From positions 156,631 through 220,630 of the forward strand of contig JABLXJ010000006.1 of assembly GCA_013178125.1 (NCBI GenBank): DNA of 64,000 nucleotides. The letters are read 5' to 3'. Made by a program: the position numbers and the translations under genes. The notes under the pieces were generated by a model. That model had not been told where the DNA came from, did not search any database, and worked only from the letters and a program-made list of their open reading frames with translations. This DNA comes from Bacillota bacterium. Its GTDB lineage: Bacteria > Bacillota > SHA-98 > Ch115 > JABLXJ01. This document shows positions 29,948 to 40,653 of this stretch, piece after piece (the stretch's first letter is position 1; every line of letters starts with the position of its first letter).

Positions 29948-31624
29948 CTAAAAAAGCCCCTCTATCCTGCCGGATTCATCTATATCCACTACCTCGGCCG
30001 CCGGGTGCTTGGGCAGGCCAGGCATGGTCATCATCGTGCCGCACAGCGGGACGAGGAAGCCCGCACCAGCAGAGGCGCGCACCTCGCGCACAGTCAGCTT
30101 CCATCCCCTTGGCGCGCCCCTCAGGCCAGGGTCGTCCGAGAGTGAGAGCTGGGTCTTGGCCATGCAGACCGGCAGCGTCCCGAGCCCCTGCTCGGTGAGG
30201 ACCTTGATCTGGCGCTCCGCATCCCCGGCATAGACAACCCCGTCAGCGCCGTATATCTGCGTCGCCAGGGCCTCGATCTTTTCCTTGATGGGTGCGTCGA
30301 GGTCGTAGAGGAAGCGGAAGGCCGGCCTCTCCTTCTCCAGCGCATCGAGGACAGCCTCAGCGAGCTCCCTCCCGCCATCTCCACCCTTCGCAACCACTTC
30401 GGAAATCGCCGCGCGCACGCCGAGCTCCTCGCAGTGGTGTTTCAGGAAATCAAGCTCTACGTCCTCATCCGTCGGGAACCTGTTTATGGCCACAACCACC
30501 GGGAGCCCGAATCTCCTGGTCAGGTTCTCGATATGCTTATCGAGGTTCGCGCACCCCTTCGCGAGGATGTCGAGGTTGGTCTCGGTCAGCTTATCCTTCG
30601 CGGCGCCACCGTGGTGATTGAGCGCCCTCACGGATGCCACCAGCACGACGACATCGGGGCGCACATCAGTTATCCGGCACACGATGTCAAAGAATTTCTC
30701 CGCGCCCAGGTCCGCGGCGAAGCCACCCTCCGTGACCACGTAATCCGCGAGCTTCAGCGCCAGCTCGGTTGCGATTATGGTGTTGTTGCCATAGGCGATA
30801 TTGGCAAACGGGCCGCCGTGTACAAAAGCCGGCTGCCCCTCAAGCGTCTGGACGAGATTTGGCTTGAGGGCATCCTTGAGGATGACCGCCATCGCGCCCA
30901 CGGCCTTGAGATCACGGGCGTATACCGGTTTCCCATCGCGCGTGTAGGCCACCAGGATGCGCCCAAGGCGTTCCTTGAGATCATCCATGCTCCTGGACAG
31001 GCCGAGGATCGCCATGACCTCCGAGGCCACCGTTATATCAAAACCTGTCTCGCGCGGGAAGCCATTCCCCTTGCCGCCGAGCCCGACGATGACGTTTCGT
31101 AGCTGCCTGTCGCTTATGTCCATCACGCGCCGCCACACGACCCTCAAGGGGTCTATCCCGAGCTCGTTGCCGTGAACTATATGATTGTCGACCATGGCCG
31201 CGAGGAGATTGTGCGCGGCGCCGACGGCGTGAATATCCCCAGTGAAGTGGAGATTTATATCCTCCATCGGCACAACCTGCGAGTAGCCACCACCGGCCGC
31301 CCCACCCTTGATGCCGAAGGTCGGGCCGAGCGATGGCTCGCGCAGCGCCACCATGACTTTCTTCCCCAACTTCCCCAGGGCCTGCGTGAGGCCTACAGCC
31401 GTGCAGGTCTTCCCCTCACCGGCGGGGGTAGCTGTGATCGCGGTAGTGTAGATCAGTTTGCCGTTTGGCCTGCCTTTGAGGCGCCTGTAGACATCCAGGC
31501 TGATCTTGGCCTTGTACTTGCCATACGGCTCGATATCATCATCCAAAAGGCCTATTGACCTCGCTATCTCCGAAATCGGTCGCAACTTAGCAGACTGGGC
31601 TATCTCAATATCAGGCAGCACCAA
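29948..31624 (-). CDS. fhs: Formate--tetrahydrofolate ligase
   Basis: [53 protein letters not shown]. Confidence 0.97.
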   Translation of the reverse strand: MVLPDIEIAQSAKLRPISEIARSIGLLDDDIEPYGKYKAKISLDVYRRLKGRPNGKLIYTTAITATPAGEGKTCTAVGLTQALGKLGKKVMVALREPSLGPTFGIKGGAAGGGYSQVVPMEDINLHFTGDIHAVGAAHNLLAAMVDNHIVHGNELGIDPLRVVWRRVMDISDRQLRNVIVGLGGKGNGFPRETGFDITVASEVMAILGLSRSMDDLKERLGRILVAYTRDGKPVYARDLKAVGAMAVILKDALKPNLVQTLEGQPAFVHGGPFANIAYGNNTIIATELALKLADYVVTEGGFAADLGAEKFFDIVCRITDVRPDVVVLVASVRALNHHGGAAKDKLTETNLDILAKGCANLDKHIENLTRRFGLPVVVAINRFPTDEDVELDFLKHHCEELGVRAAISEVVAKGGDGGRELAEAVLDALEKERPAFRFLYDLDAPIKEKIEALATQIYGADGVVYAGDAERQIKVLTEQGLGTLPVCMAKTQLSLSDDPGLRGAPRGWKLTVREVRASAGAGFLVPLCGTMMTMPGLPKHPAAEVVDIDESGRIEGLF

Positions 31625-31812
31625 TATTTCGCCCCTTTCGGTCTTTTAAGCTTTTTGGTTATTGTCGCGAGATCTCTACATTCTACATTCTACAGTCAAC
31701 ATGTTACAGTCACGCGAGATTCTACAATGATTATCCGGGCCTGCTCCGGCCGCCCCGGCCTTGCTCTGGCCTGTCCAATCTCCTCTTGCATACCCCTATT
31801 TACCCCTGCCTA

Positions 31813-33258
31813 TCACCTCCCGGACTGGATATAGTCATGGATGCCCTTCGCAGCGAGCTTCCCTGCTCCCATTGCAGCGATAACGGTTGCAGACCCCGTC
31901 ACAATATCGCCGCCTGCAAATACCCCTGGAATGCTCGTCTCGCCCGTCTTCTCATTTATGATGATATTCCCATGCCTCCCAAGCGCGAGGCCGGGGGTCC
32001 TCTTTGTGAGGAGGGGATTCGGCTCCGTCCCGATGGCTGAGATCATGGTATCGGCCTCGAGCGTAAACTCAGAGCCCTTAATGGGCACTGGCCGTCGCCT
32101 CCCGCTCTCGTCCGGCTCGCCGAGCTCCATCCTTACGCACTCCATGCCCGTGACCCACCCTTTCTCGTTTCCGATAACGCGCACGGGATTGGTCAGGAGC
32201 ATGAGCTCCACGCCCTCCTCCTCTGCGTTTTCGATCTCTTCAGCCCGCGCAGGCATTTCCGCACGAGACCTGCGGTAGACTATCATAACCTTCTCCGCGC
32301 CCAGCCTCAGCGCGGTCCGGGCCGCATCCATCGCCACATTGCCGGCCCCGACCACAGCAACCCGCTTCCCCGTCTTGATGGGGGTATCATACTCGGGGAA
32401 GAGGTAGGCCTTCATCAGGTTCGACCGGGTCAGGTACTCGTTCGCCGAATACACGCCATTGAGGTTTTCCCCTGGGATCCCCAGGAAGTGCGGCAGGCCC
32501 GCGCCCGTCCCCACGAAAACGGCCTTGAACCCGTCATTGAAGAGGTCTTCGATGGTGAAGGTCTGGCCTATGAGCATATTGGTGCGGATCTCTACTCCAA
32601 GGCTCTTCACATACTGGATCTCTTCCTCGAGAATGGCCTTGGGCAACCTAAATTCGGGGATGCCATACCGCAATACCCCGCCCACCTCGTGAAGTGCTTC
32701 AAATAGCACGACCCTGTAGCCAAATCTGGCCAGCTCCGCTGCGCAGGTGAGGCCCGCCGGCCCTGACCCGACGACGGCAACCTTTACAATCCCGGTCCCA
32801 TCGCCAGCCGTAGAAGCGTTGCCAGCCGCACTTGCGCTACCGGCCCCGGCTGCAAGCTCCTCTGCAAGCTCACGGCGCTCCCAGTCCGCCACGAACCGCT
32901 CCAGAGCGCCTATCGCCACCGGCTTCTGATTCTTGGCCTTGCCCAACGTGCACAGGACCTCGCACTGGGTCTCCTGCGGGCAAACCCTGCCGCAAATTGC
33001 AGGCAGGCTGTTCTTCTCCTTTATCTTTTTCGCCGCCTCCCCAAATCTTCCCTCCTTGACGAGCGCGATGAAGTCAGGTATGTCAACACCAACAGGACAT
33101 CCGCTCACGCAGGGTCGTTTAGGGCACTGGATACACCTTTGCGCCTCGCTTACCGCGGCCTCAGGAGAGTATCCCAGCGCAACCTCATTGAAATTTCTTA
33201 TCCTCTCCCGCGGATCCTGCTTTGGCATCTGGTGGCGCTGAGCTATCTCTCTTGGCAT
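31813..33258 (-). CDS. nfnB: NfnB (large subunit of NADH-dependent ferredoxin:NADP+ oxidoreductase; GltD/SudA-like)
   Basis: RCIQC..CVSGCP, CGRVCPQETQC, GSGPAG, YGIPEFRL, GAGNVAMD; coupled to nfnA. Confidence 0.88.
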   Translation of the reverse strand: MPREIAQRHQMPKQDPRERIRNFNEVALGYSPEAAVSEAQRCIQCPKRPCVSGCPVGVDIPDFIALVKEGRFGEAAKKIKEKNSLPAICGRVCPQETQCEVLCTLGKAKNQKPVAIGALERFVADWERRELAEELAAGAGSASAAGNASTAGDGTGIVKVAVVGSGPAGLTCAAELARFGYRVVLFEALHEVGGVLRYGIPEFRLPKAILEEEIQYVKSLGVEIRTNMLIGQTFTIEDLFNDGFKAVFVGTGAGLPHFLGIPGENLNGVYSANEYLTRSNLMKAYLFPEYDTPIKTGKRVAVVGAGNVAMDAARTALRLGAEKVMIVYRRSRAEMPARAEEIENAEEEGVELMLLTNPVRVIGNEKGWVTGMECVRMELGEPDESGRRRPVPIKGSEFTLEADTMISAIGTEPNPLLTKRTPGLALGRHGNIIINEKTGETSIPGVFAGGDIVTGSATVIAAMGAGKLAAKGIHDYIQSGR

Positions 33259-34094
33259 TTACATCCCTCTCCTTGTGCACGAAACCTCTCCATGGCAATC
33301 CTCTCCTCCTCGAGGAATCGATTTTGGCGGGCCATCAATTCCTCGAAATCGACCTTATGACCATCAAAAGCAGGGCCATCAACGCACGCAAACTTGACCT
33401 CTCCGCCCACCGTGACCCGGCATCCCCCGCACATGCCTGTGCCATCCACCATGATCGGATTCAGGCTCACGATCGTTTTAACGCCGAAATCCCGGGTTAC
33501 TCTCACTGCCGCGCGCATCATAGGGAGGGGACCTATAGCAACCACCTCATCGACCTTCTCCCCGCTCTCGAGGAACTCCCTCAAGAGATCGGTTACAAAG
33601 CCGTGGTGCCCGAAGCTCCCATCATCAGTGCTGTACCCCACATGATGGCTCACCTTCTCCATTCTCTCTTTAAAAATTATCATCTCTTTCGTCTGGGCCC
33701 CGATAAAGGATATCACCCGGCTTCCAAGCTCGTAAAACCGCCGCGCCTTGGGGTACATCGGCGCAACTCCGAGCCCTCCCGAGACGCAAACCACGCAACC
33801 AACCTTCTCAATGTGCATCGGGGTACCAAGGGGCCCGACAACGTCCGCCAGAAAATCGCCAACGTCAAGGGTTGCAAGATGACAGGTCGTTTTCCCGACT
33901 TCCTGGGAAACCATAGTTATAGTGCCCTTTACAGCGTCGTAATCGGCTATCGTGAGCGGGATCCTCTCGCCCTTTTCGTGGACGCGGAGAACCACGAAGT
34001 GCCCGGGCTGCGCCTTGGCCGCTATCTCGGGGGCGTAAACCTCGAACTCCGTGATCCTGGGCGCCAAGACCTCTTTTCTGAGAATCTTGTTCAT
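33243..34094 (-). CDS. nfnA: NfnA (small subunit; SudB/PyrK-like)
   Basis: GERIPLTIAD, GPLG, DGTGMCGGCR..ACVDGP [2Fe-2S] motif. Confidence 0.9.
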   Translation of the reverse strand: MNKILRKEVLAPRITEFEVYAPEIAAKAQPGHFVVLRVHEKGERIPLTIADYDAVKGTITMVSQEVGKTTCHLATLDVGDFLADVVGPLGTPMHIEKVGCVVCVSGGLGVAPMYPKARRFYELGSRVISFIGAQTKEMIIFKERMEKVSHHVGYSTDDGSFGHHGFVTDLLREFLESGEKVDEVVAIGPLPMMRAAVRVTRDFGVKTIVSLNPIMVDGTGMCGGCRVTVGGEVKFACVDGPAFDGHKVDFEELMARQNRFLEEERIAMERFRAQGEGCKCQER

Positions 34095-34425
34095 GAACCA
34101 ACCATTCCCTCCTATTCTTTCCTGCAAGGGAACATATAAGATCATTTTCAGGGCCCATCTCAGGGACTGGATCACTGGATAAAGCATGGCAAGGTGGAAC
34201 ACGGCGAAGCTGGAGAGGTCCTTGAGAATAATCACCCTCTATAGTGGTACATTCGAGCTCCAATGTCAAGAGCCCGGAGAGCTATCCTCGCCTCCCTCGC
34301 CTCTCGCTAGGCCTCACCCAATGCCCGTCCCATGCCCGCCTCATCATGGCCCCACTACATGGCCACGCTCCTCCCCGGCCCCGATCCTATCCCGGCGCCA
34401 CCTGCCCGGTGCCCGGCTCCACCCG

Positions 34426-35103
34426 CTATGGCTCGCGCGCGCCTTCCCAGGGGGCCCCGGGGGCTTTGCACAGGTAATAAGCCAGATGCATGAGCTCCAG
34501 GCTGAGATCCGAATTGTGAAGGCGGACGTGGGGCGGGACTGTGAGCTTCGCCGGAGCGAAATTAAGGATCCCATCTATCCCGGCACCCACGCATGCATCG
34601 ACGACCTCCTGGGCGCTCGAGGCCGGCACGGCCACCACGGCCATTCGCACCCCGAGCTCCGAGACCTTCTCTTTCAATTGCCGCATGGGCGAGACCTCTA
34701 TTCCGTCTATTCCCAGTCCAATCTTCGCCGGGTTCTTGTCAAATACCGCCACGATGTCGAGGTGGTAATCCGCCTCGGCCTGGCGACGCCCTATGAGATA
34801 CCTGGCCAGGGCAATCCCGAGGCTGCCGGCCCCGATAATCGCCACCTTGATCACACAATCCAGGTTGAGCACCCTGCGCAGCTCCTGCCTCAAGACATCG
34901 ATCTCGTATCCAACCCCCTGTTTGCCGAACTCCCCAAACAGGCTGAGGTCCTTCCGGACCTGGTCAGATGTGACACCAGCGGCGTCGCCGAGCTCATATG
35001 AGGAAATCGACGGCCCATGCTTATCTACATCAATAGTCTCCAGGACCCGCAAATAAAGGGGCAATCTCCTGATAACCACGTCAGGAGCTTTCCGGGCTCT
35101 CAT
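34426..35103 (-). CDS. rex: Redox-sensing transcriptional repressor
   Basis: RRLPLYLR, QVRKDLSLFGEFGKQGVGY, GAGSLG, GILNFAP. Confidence 0.95.
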   Translation of the reverse strand: MRARKAPDVVIRRLPLYLRVLETIDVDKHGPSISSYELGDAAGVTSDQVRKDLSLFGEFGKQGVGYEIDVLRQELRRVLNLDCVIKVAIIGAGSLGIALARYLIGRRQAEADYHLDIVAVFDKNPAKIGLGIDGIEVSPMRQLKEKVSELGVRMAVVAVPASSAQEVVDACVGAGIDGILNFAPAKLTVPPHVRLHNSDLSLELMHLAYYLCKAPGAPWEGAREP

Positions 35104-37058
35104 TTAGATTCACCTCCGGAGTCCAGGGTAATAGCTAACGTCAGGTGGCTCCCCGCAGGCCCCACGGTTTTGAAAGTCACTTCGTTGACGCCGGATTGCA
35201 AATAAGCTGAAACGTCAAAGGACATACCCGCCACCGGCGGATTCTCAAAGGCATAGAACACCTTGCTGCCCCTATTGAAGGTCACGGCCACCCCCTGCGC
35301 GTCCGCATCCCATATGACAAGCCTGCCAACCCCGCGGGGCGCGATGAATCTCTGGCGCACCTCGCCCTGGCATTCCTGGCGAGCTCCACTGCTGCCTGTA
35401 TCCCTATCCCCGTGATCGTCCCCATGACCATCTCCTGTTACAGAGAGCCTCACCGGGATCGTGCTGAGCGACGCGCCTGTGTAATAGTGCCGGATAATGT
35501 CGTAGAAGGAATACCCCTGGCGCGCCATGCCCTCAGCCCCCCACTGGGACATGCCTGCGCCATGCCCATACCCCGCTCCTGTGGCCTTCACGCTCACGAT
35601 CCCCCCGGAGGCATCCCTCTCAAAGTCGAAGACCACGAGGGAGCTCTTCAACATGCCCCCCGAAACCGGCCTGAGCAGCGTCCTGATATTCAACTCTCCA
35701 TTCACAACCCAGGTGCCGTTTGTCCCAACGACCCCTAACGCTACTATCCTGCCGGACGCCCCCCGGCGGATGGGTATCAGGTTCACCAGCCTCCCGATGC
35801 CCTTCGAAGGGCCCGGTCCTGACCCTTCCGACCCTGATCCCGACCCGAACCCCGATCCTGACCCAGGTCCGAACCCAGAGTCAAACCCGGGCCCCGACCC
35901 GGAGCTGGATGCCGGCCCTGGACCGGATTCGCCCCTGGAGGCAAGGGTCACGTAACTCCTCCGGGAAAACCTGGCTATGCCATCATTTATGGTCTTCTCG
36001 AGCTCCTGCCCTGGCCAGGTCACTTGCCACCGGAAGTTCGGCGATATAGCATCAAACCTCCCTATGCGGCCTGATAGAAACCTCCGCACCCCCTCCTCGG
36101 TGCGCAGGTCCGGCACTCCCGGTTCATCCGGAACGGCCTGCAGGTATGGTATGGCGGGATTGTCCAGCCAGACATTCTCGCTCGCCTCCGTATGGCCTCC
36201 GGCCGTCGAGCAGTAGACCGCATCTATAACCTCTTGCCCGAAGGTCGCTACAACACCGCGCGTATCCGCTATGGCAGCATCCGAGCGAGGATCCTCGCTC
36301 CCTATGCCGTAGTAAACCTGGCAATGGGGAGAGTCGCACAAATATACGTCCTGGCCGTCCTGGCCCGGGCCGTGCGAATGCGAGGCAGAAACATCCCCCC
36401 CCATCCCTGGGACAGCCCTTTGCAGGTTAAAGATGGCGTAGGAGCGGGCTGCTATAGCCTGGGCCCTTAGAGCCTCATCGCTGAACGATCTCGGCATCTC
36501 GTTGGGCACGACCCCGCGCAGGTAATCCCCAAGGCGCAGCTCGTTTATGATGCGCAGCTTCGCAGGCGCCGGAGACGGCGATATCTCGAGGCTTCCGCGA
36601 TATAGCGGGTATGGGGAAACCTTTGGGCGCTGGAGATTTGTAACCCCCAGCGGCCGCGCCGGATCCCTGGGGCTCACACGGACGGGCCCCGTAAACACGC
36701 CCAGGGCCATCCTCGTCCCGATTGCGGCCGCGACCAGCTCAGCGCTGATCCCACCGGGGGCCCGCCGGAAAGTTAACGCGTCCCCGGGCGCGACAAGAAA
36801 CTCGGGCCCCCCCGGCCCGGCCTTCACCGCCATCCCGCCCTTGGAAACCACGGTTACGGCGTCATGATCCAGGTCAGAGGAGGGCCCGAGCGTCCGATTC
36901 AGCGCGACGCGGATAATCGAGTCGTCATCCAACATGGGGGAGGGCGCCTGTGCCCCGGCATCGCGTCCGGGACCACCCACCGCCATCAACCCTATCCACG
37001 CTGCGGTGAAACATACAACAACATAGACTATGAACCGTTGACACCGGAGCAAAACCAT
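35100..37058 (-). CDS. SpoIID/LytB-domain lytic transglycosylase-like protein with signal peptide
   Basis: YLRGVVPNEM..EALRAQAIAARSY, CQVYYG, GYGHGAGMSQWGA..MA..G....II.HYY; Gly/Ser repeat insertion. Confidence 0.88.
   Translation of the reverse strand: MVLLRCQRFIVYVVVCFTAAWIGLMAVGGPGRDAGAQAPSPMLDDDSIIRVALNRTLGPSSDLDHDAVTVVSKGGMAVKAGPGGPEFLVAPGDALTFRRAPGGISAELVAAAIGTRMALGVFTGPVRVSPRDPARPLGVTNLQRPKVSPYPLYRGSLEISPSPAPAKLRIINELRLGDYLRGVVPNEMPRSFSDEALRAQAIAARSYAIFNLQRAVPGMGGDVSASHSHGPGQDGQDVYLCDSPHCQVYYGIGSEDPRSDAAIADTRGVVATFGQEVIDAVYCSTAGGHTEASENVWLDNPAIPYLQAVPDEPGVPDLRTEEGVRRFLSGRIGRFDAISPNFRWQVTWPGQELEKTINDGIARFSRRSYVTLASRGESGPGPASSSGSGPGFDSGFGPGSGSGFGSGSGSEGSGPGPSKGIGRLVNLIPIRRGASGRIVALGVVGTNGTWVVNGELNIRTLLRPVSGGMLKSSLVVFDFERDASGGIVSVKATGAGYGHGAGMSQWGAEGMARQGYSFYDIIRHYYTGASLSTIPVRLSVTGDGHGDDHGDRDTGSSGARQECQGEVRQRFIAPRGVGRLVIWDADAQGVAVTFNRGSKVFYAFENPPVAGMSFDVSAYLQSGVNEVTFKTVGPAGSHLTLAITLDSGGESK
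35812..35930 (-). repeat. In-frame Gly/Ser/Pro low-complexity repeat in SpoIID-like gene
   Basis: SGPGPASSSGSGPGFDSGFGPGSGSGFGSGSGSEGSGPGP, built from 6-nt units. Confidence 0.75.
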
Positions 37059-37077
37059 AGACTATACAGCATCCTCA

Positions 37078-38796
37078 TCAATACTTGCCCCGACCGATAT
37101 AATGAGTGTGCAATAGATGATGCGACCGCTCGCCGAGAGGCTTCTCGAGAAACTCGGCGTAGATCTGCTTGATCGCCGGGTTCTCATGGGACTTCCGGTA
37201 AGGCATGTCCTTATCTGCTAGATAGAGAGCCTGGCCACGCTTCCCCTTTATCTCCATAGTGCTCGGTATGGGCTGCCCGCCGCCGCCAACACACCCTCCC
37301 GGGCAGCACATTATCTCGATGAAGTGGTAATTCGCCTCCCCGGCGCGGAGCATCTCGAGTATCTTCTTTGCATTGCCCAGACCGTGGGCCACGGCCACCC
37401 TCACCGTCAGGCCATTGAGGTTGACCTCGGCTTCCTTTATCCCATCGAGGCCGCGAACTCCTTCGAAGTCCAGGTTGCCGAGCTCTGTCCCGGTCGCGAC
37501 CTCATATACCGTCCGGAGCGCTGCCTCCATTACCCCGCCGGTGGCCCCGAAGATCGCCGCGGCACCGGTGGAGATGCCCATCGGGTCATCGTGCTCCTCC
37601 TCGGGAAGGTCCTCGAACCTGATACCAGCCTCCCTCAACATCCTGCCGAGCTCACGGCTGGTGAGCACGGCATCGACATCCTGGTACCCGCTCGACCTCA
37701 TCTCCGGCCTCTCCGCCTCAAATTTCTTAGCCGTGCACGGCATGAGCGAGACGCTGAAAATATTGGCCGGATCGATGCCAGCCTTCTGGGCGTAATAGGT
37801 CTTCACCAGCGCACCGAACATCTGCTGGGGAGACTTACATGTCGATATATGAGGCAAGAGGTCGGGATAGTAGTGCTCCCCGAATTTGATCCACCCCGGG
37901 CTGCAGGATGTGATCATCGGGAGAACCCCACCTTCTTTTATTCGCTTTAAAAGCTCATTTCCCTCCTCTATTATGGTGAGGTCGGCAGTGAAATCCGTAT
38001 CCATTACCTTATCAAACCCGAGCCTCCTGAGAGCCGCCACGAGCTTCCCCGTGACGAGCGTCCCGGGCTCCATGCCCATCTCCTCACCGATAGTCGCCCT
38101 GATAGCGGGCGCGGTTTGCACAACAACGTGCTTCGCCGGGTCGGCGAGCGCCTCCCACACCCGCTCGGTATCGTCGCGTTCACTTATAGCCCCGACGGGG
38201 CACGCCAGGATGCATTGCCCGCACAGGGCGCACGCAACATCCCCCAGGTCATCCCCGAAGACGGGCGTTACCACTGTATCAGCACCCCTATTAGCAGGGA
38301 ACAGCACACCGACGCCCTGAACATTCTGGCACGTTTCCACGCACCTCCGGCAGAGAATGCATTTATCAGGCTCCCTGACTATAGAGGGCGTCGAATGATC
38401 CTCAGGCAGGCCGCGCAGCCTCCTTTCAAAGCGGACCTCCCGTATACCGAGCCTCTCCGCGAGCGTCTGCAGCTCGCAGTTCTGATTTCTTATACACTGC
38501 AAGCAATCCTGGGGGTGCCTGGCGAGGAGAAGCTCCACCGCCATTCTCCGGGCCTGGCGGACTGCCTGCGTATTCGTCCGGACGACCATACCATCGCTCG
38601 CAGGATATGCGCATGCGGGCTGCAGCAGCTTTTGCCCCTCTATCTCAACCACGCAAACGCGGCATACAGCCCTCGCCTCAAGGTCAGGGTGGTAACAGAG
38701 CGTGGGAATATCTATGCCTATCCTCTTTGCAGCGTCGAGGATGGTGATTCCCTTCTCAACCTGCACTCTGCGGCCATCTATTGTCAACGTGACCAT
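37078..38796 (-). CDS. hydA: [FeFe]-hydrogenase catalytic subunit, group A (M3 type)
   Basis: N-terminal 2Fe-2S, His-ligated 4Fe-4S (HPQDCLQC), 2x4Fe-4S; H-cluster motifs TSCSPGW, MPCTAKKFE, EIMCCPGGCVGGGGQP. Confidence 0.96.
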   Translation of the reverse strand: MVTLTIDGRRVQVEKGITILDAAKRIGIDIPTLCYHPDLEARAVCRVCVVEIEGQKLLQPACAYPASDGMVVRTNTQAVRQARRMAVELLLARHPQDCLQCIRNQNCELQTLAERLGIREVRFERRLRGLPEDHSTPSIVREPDKCILCRRCVETCQNVQGVGVLFPANRGADTVVTPVFGDDLGDVACALCGQCILACPVGAISERDDTERVWEALADPAKHVVVQTAPAIRATIGEEMGMEPGTLVTGKLVAALRRLGFDKVMDTDFTADLTIIEEGNELLKRIKEGGVLPMITSCSPGWIKFGEHYYPDLLPHISTCKSPQQMFGALVKTYYAQKAGIDPANIFSVSLMPCTAKKFEAERPEMRSSGYQDVDAVLTSRELGRMLREAGIRFEDLPEEEHDDPMGISTGAAAIFGATGGVMEAALRTVYEVATGTELGNLDFEGVRGLDGIKEAEVNLNGLTVRVAVAHGLGNAKKILEMLRAGEANYHFIEIMCCPGGCVGGGGQPIPSTMEIKGKRGQALYLADKDMPYRKSHENPAIKQIYAEFLEKPLGERSHHLLHTHYIGRGKY

Positions 38797-38930
38797 CGCG
38801 ATATATTCCCTCCTCGTAAATCCACACTCGTGAATCCGCAGATACTAAGGCCTGCAGATACTAAAGCCTGCCAGCAAGACCTCCTGAAAGGCCTGCTAAG
38901 GTCCGCCGGGACCCGCTGAGGCCTGCATGC

Positions 38931-40547
38931 CTAGAGCCCGCATGTCCCCGTGGGGCAGGTCCTGTCAGCGATGTGGGCATCAAACTCATCACGGAAGTAC
39001 TTCAGCATCGTGAGGACCGGCACAGGAGCCGCCTGGCCGAGGCCGCAAAGGCTCGCCCTCTGCATCACCTGGGCGAGCTCCGCCATGAGCTCTATATCCT
39101 GCGCACGCCCCTTGCCGGAGCTCGCCATGTCCATAATCTCATAAAGGCGATCGGTCCCCTCGCGACACGGGGTGCACTTCCCGCATGATTCATGCCGGAA
39201 AAACCTCATGAAGCACCTGGCAATATCCACGATGCAATGCGAGTCGTCCATAATGAGGAGAGCCCCTGAACCCAGGGCCGAGCCTGCCTCGGCCAGCGAG
39301 AAGTAGTCCATCGGGACATCGAGGAGCTCCCTTGGGAGGCAGCCTCCCGACGTGCCGCCCGTCTGGGCCATCTTGAACTCCCTGCCGCCGGGGATGCCGC
39401 CGCCGATTTCATATATTACCTGCCTCAGCGTGATCCCCATCGGGACCTCTATCAGTCCCTTGTTGTTGATATCGCCTGTAAGGGTGAATACCTTGGTCCC
39501 CGGGCATCTCTCGGTTCCGAACCCCCTGAACCACTCGGGCCCGTTCAGGATGATCGGCGAGATGTTGGCAAGGGTCTCGACGTTATTGACAACTGTGGGT
39601 TTGCCCCAGAGGCCATGGGTTCCGGGATATGGGGGCTTTATCCTTGGCTCGCCCCTGTTCCCCTCGATCGATTCGATCAGGGCGGTCTCCTCGCCGCACA
39701 CATATGCGCCCGCTCCCTTGCGGATTTCAATATCGAAGCTGAAGCCCGATCCGAAGATATTCTCCCCGAGAAGGCCCAGACGCCTGGCCTGGTCTATGGC
39801 CTTCTGCATCCTCTCAATCGAGATAGCATACTCACCGCGTATATAAATAAAACCTTTATCCGCACCCACTGCGTAACCGGCAATAGCCATTCCCTCAATG
39901 ATGCTGTGGGGGTCCCCCTCGAGGATCAGCCTGTCCTTGAACGTGCCGGGCTCCCCCTCATCGGCGTTACATAAAATGTATTTTTGGTCGGCGTCTGCCT
40001 TGGCCGTGAACTCCCACTTGAGGCCCGTGGGGAACGCAGCCCCTCCCCGCCCGACAAGCCCGGATCTCTTGATCTCGTCTATCACCTCGCCGGGCTTCAT
40101 CTGGCTCACACACCTGCCCAGGGCGGCATAGCCATCCCGACCGATATACTCCTCCACAGACTCAGGGTCCATAACTCCGCAATTCCGGAGGACGATTCTC
40201 TTCTGGGGGCCGAGGTAAGTCGGAGCCTCGTACTTCACAACCTCCTTCTCTACCGGACGCTCCCTTGCGACAAGCCGGTCAACGATCCTGCCCTTCAAGA
40301 GGTGCTCCTCGACGATCAGGGGCACATCCTCGACCTTCACAGGACCGTAGAATGTCCCCTCCGGGTATACGACGATAACTGGTCCGAGGTCGCAGGGGCC
40401 CAGGCAACCAGTCTCGACAACCTTGATCTCCCGCGAGAGGCCCTGGCGATGGATTTCATTAATGAGCGCATCCCTGACAGCCTTGCAGCCGCCGAGGACG
40501 CAGGGGGTGCCCCCGCAAACCAGCACGTGCGAACGATAAAACTCCAC
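38931..40547 (-). CDS. hydB: [FeFe]-hydrogenase diaphorase (NuoF-like) subunit
   Basis: GRGGAAFPTG, NADEGEPGTFKDR, GAGAYVCGEETAL, ESCGKCTPCR; no C-terminal 2x[4Fe-4S] domain. Confidence 0.93.
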   Translation of the reverse strand: MEFYRSHVLVCGGTPCVLGGCKAVRDALINEIHRQGLSREIKVVETGCLGPCDLGPVIVVYPEGTFYGPVKVEDVPLIVEEHLLKGRIVDRLVARERPVEKEVVKYEAPTYLGPQKRIVLRNCGVMDPESVEEYIGRDGYAALGRCVSQMKPGEVIDEIKRSGLVGRGGAAFPTGLKWEFTAKADADQKYILCNADEGEPGTFKDRLILEGDPHSIIEGMAIAGYAVGADKGFIYIRGEYAISIERMQKAIDQARRLGLLGENIFGSGFSFDIEIRKGAGAYVCGEETALIESIEGNRGEPRIKPPYPGTHGLWGKPTVVNNVETLANISPIILNGPEWFRGFGTERCPGTKVFTLTGDINNKGLIEVPMGITLRQVIYEIGGGIPGGREFKMAQTGGTSGGCLPRELLDVPMDYFSLAEAGSALGSGALLIMDDSHCIVDIARCFMRFFRHESCGKCTPCREGTDRLYEIMDMASSGKGRAQDIELMAELAQVMQRASLCGLGQAAPVPVLTMLKYFRDEFDAHIADRTCPTGTCGL

Positions 40548-40653
40548 ACTTCAACCCTCCCTTGTTAGCATAGCGTTCAACAGTTCAGCGTCCGTCCAGC
40601 GATACTCGCACAGCGATGCTCGTGTTCTATGAGATTCATACCACGTACCCGGT

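Noticed and set aside
31813..33258. Glutamate synthase small subunit
   Set aside because: No gltB nearby and it is coupled to an NfnA-type gene, so NfnB is the better call
37880..37920. HydA inactive because of TSCSPGW instead of TSCCPGW
   Set aside because: TSC(C/S)P is a recognised L1 variant in group A [FeFe]-hydrogenases and other motifs are intact
38797..38933. Amber read-through restoring a HydB ferredoxin domain or fusing HydB to HydA
   Set aside because: Sequence after TAG has no CxxCxxC motifs and is out of frame with the hydA ATG (134 nt gap)
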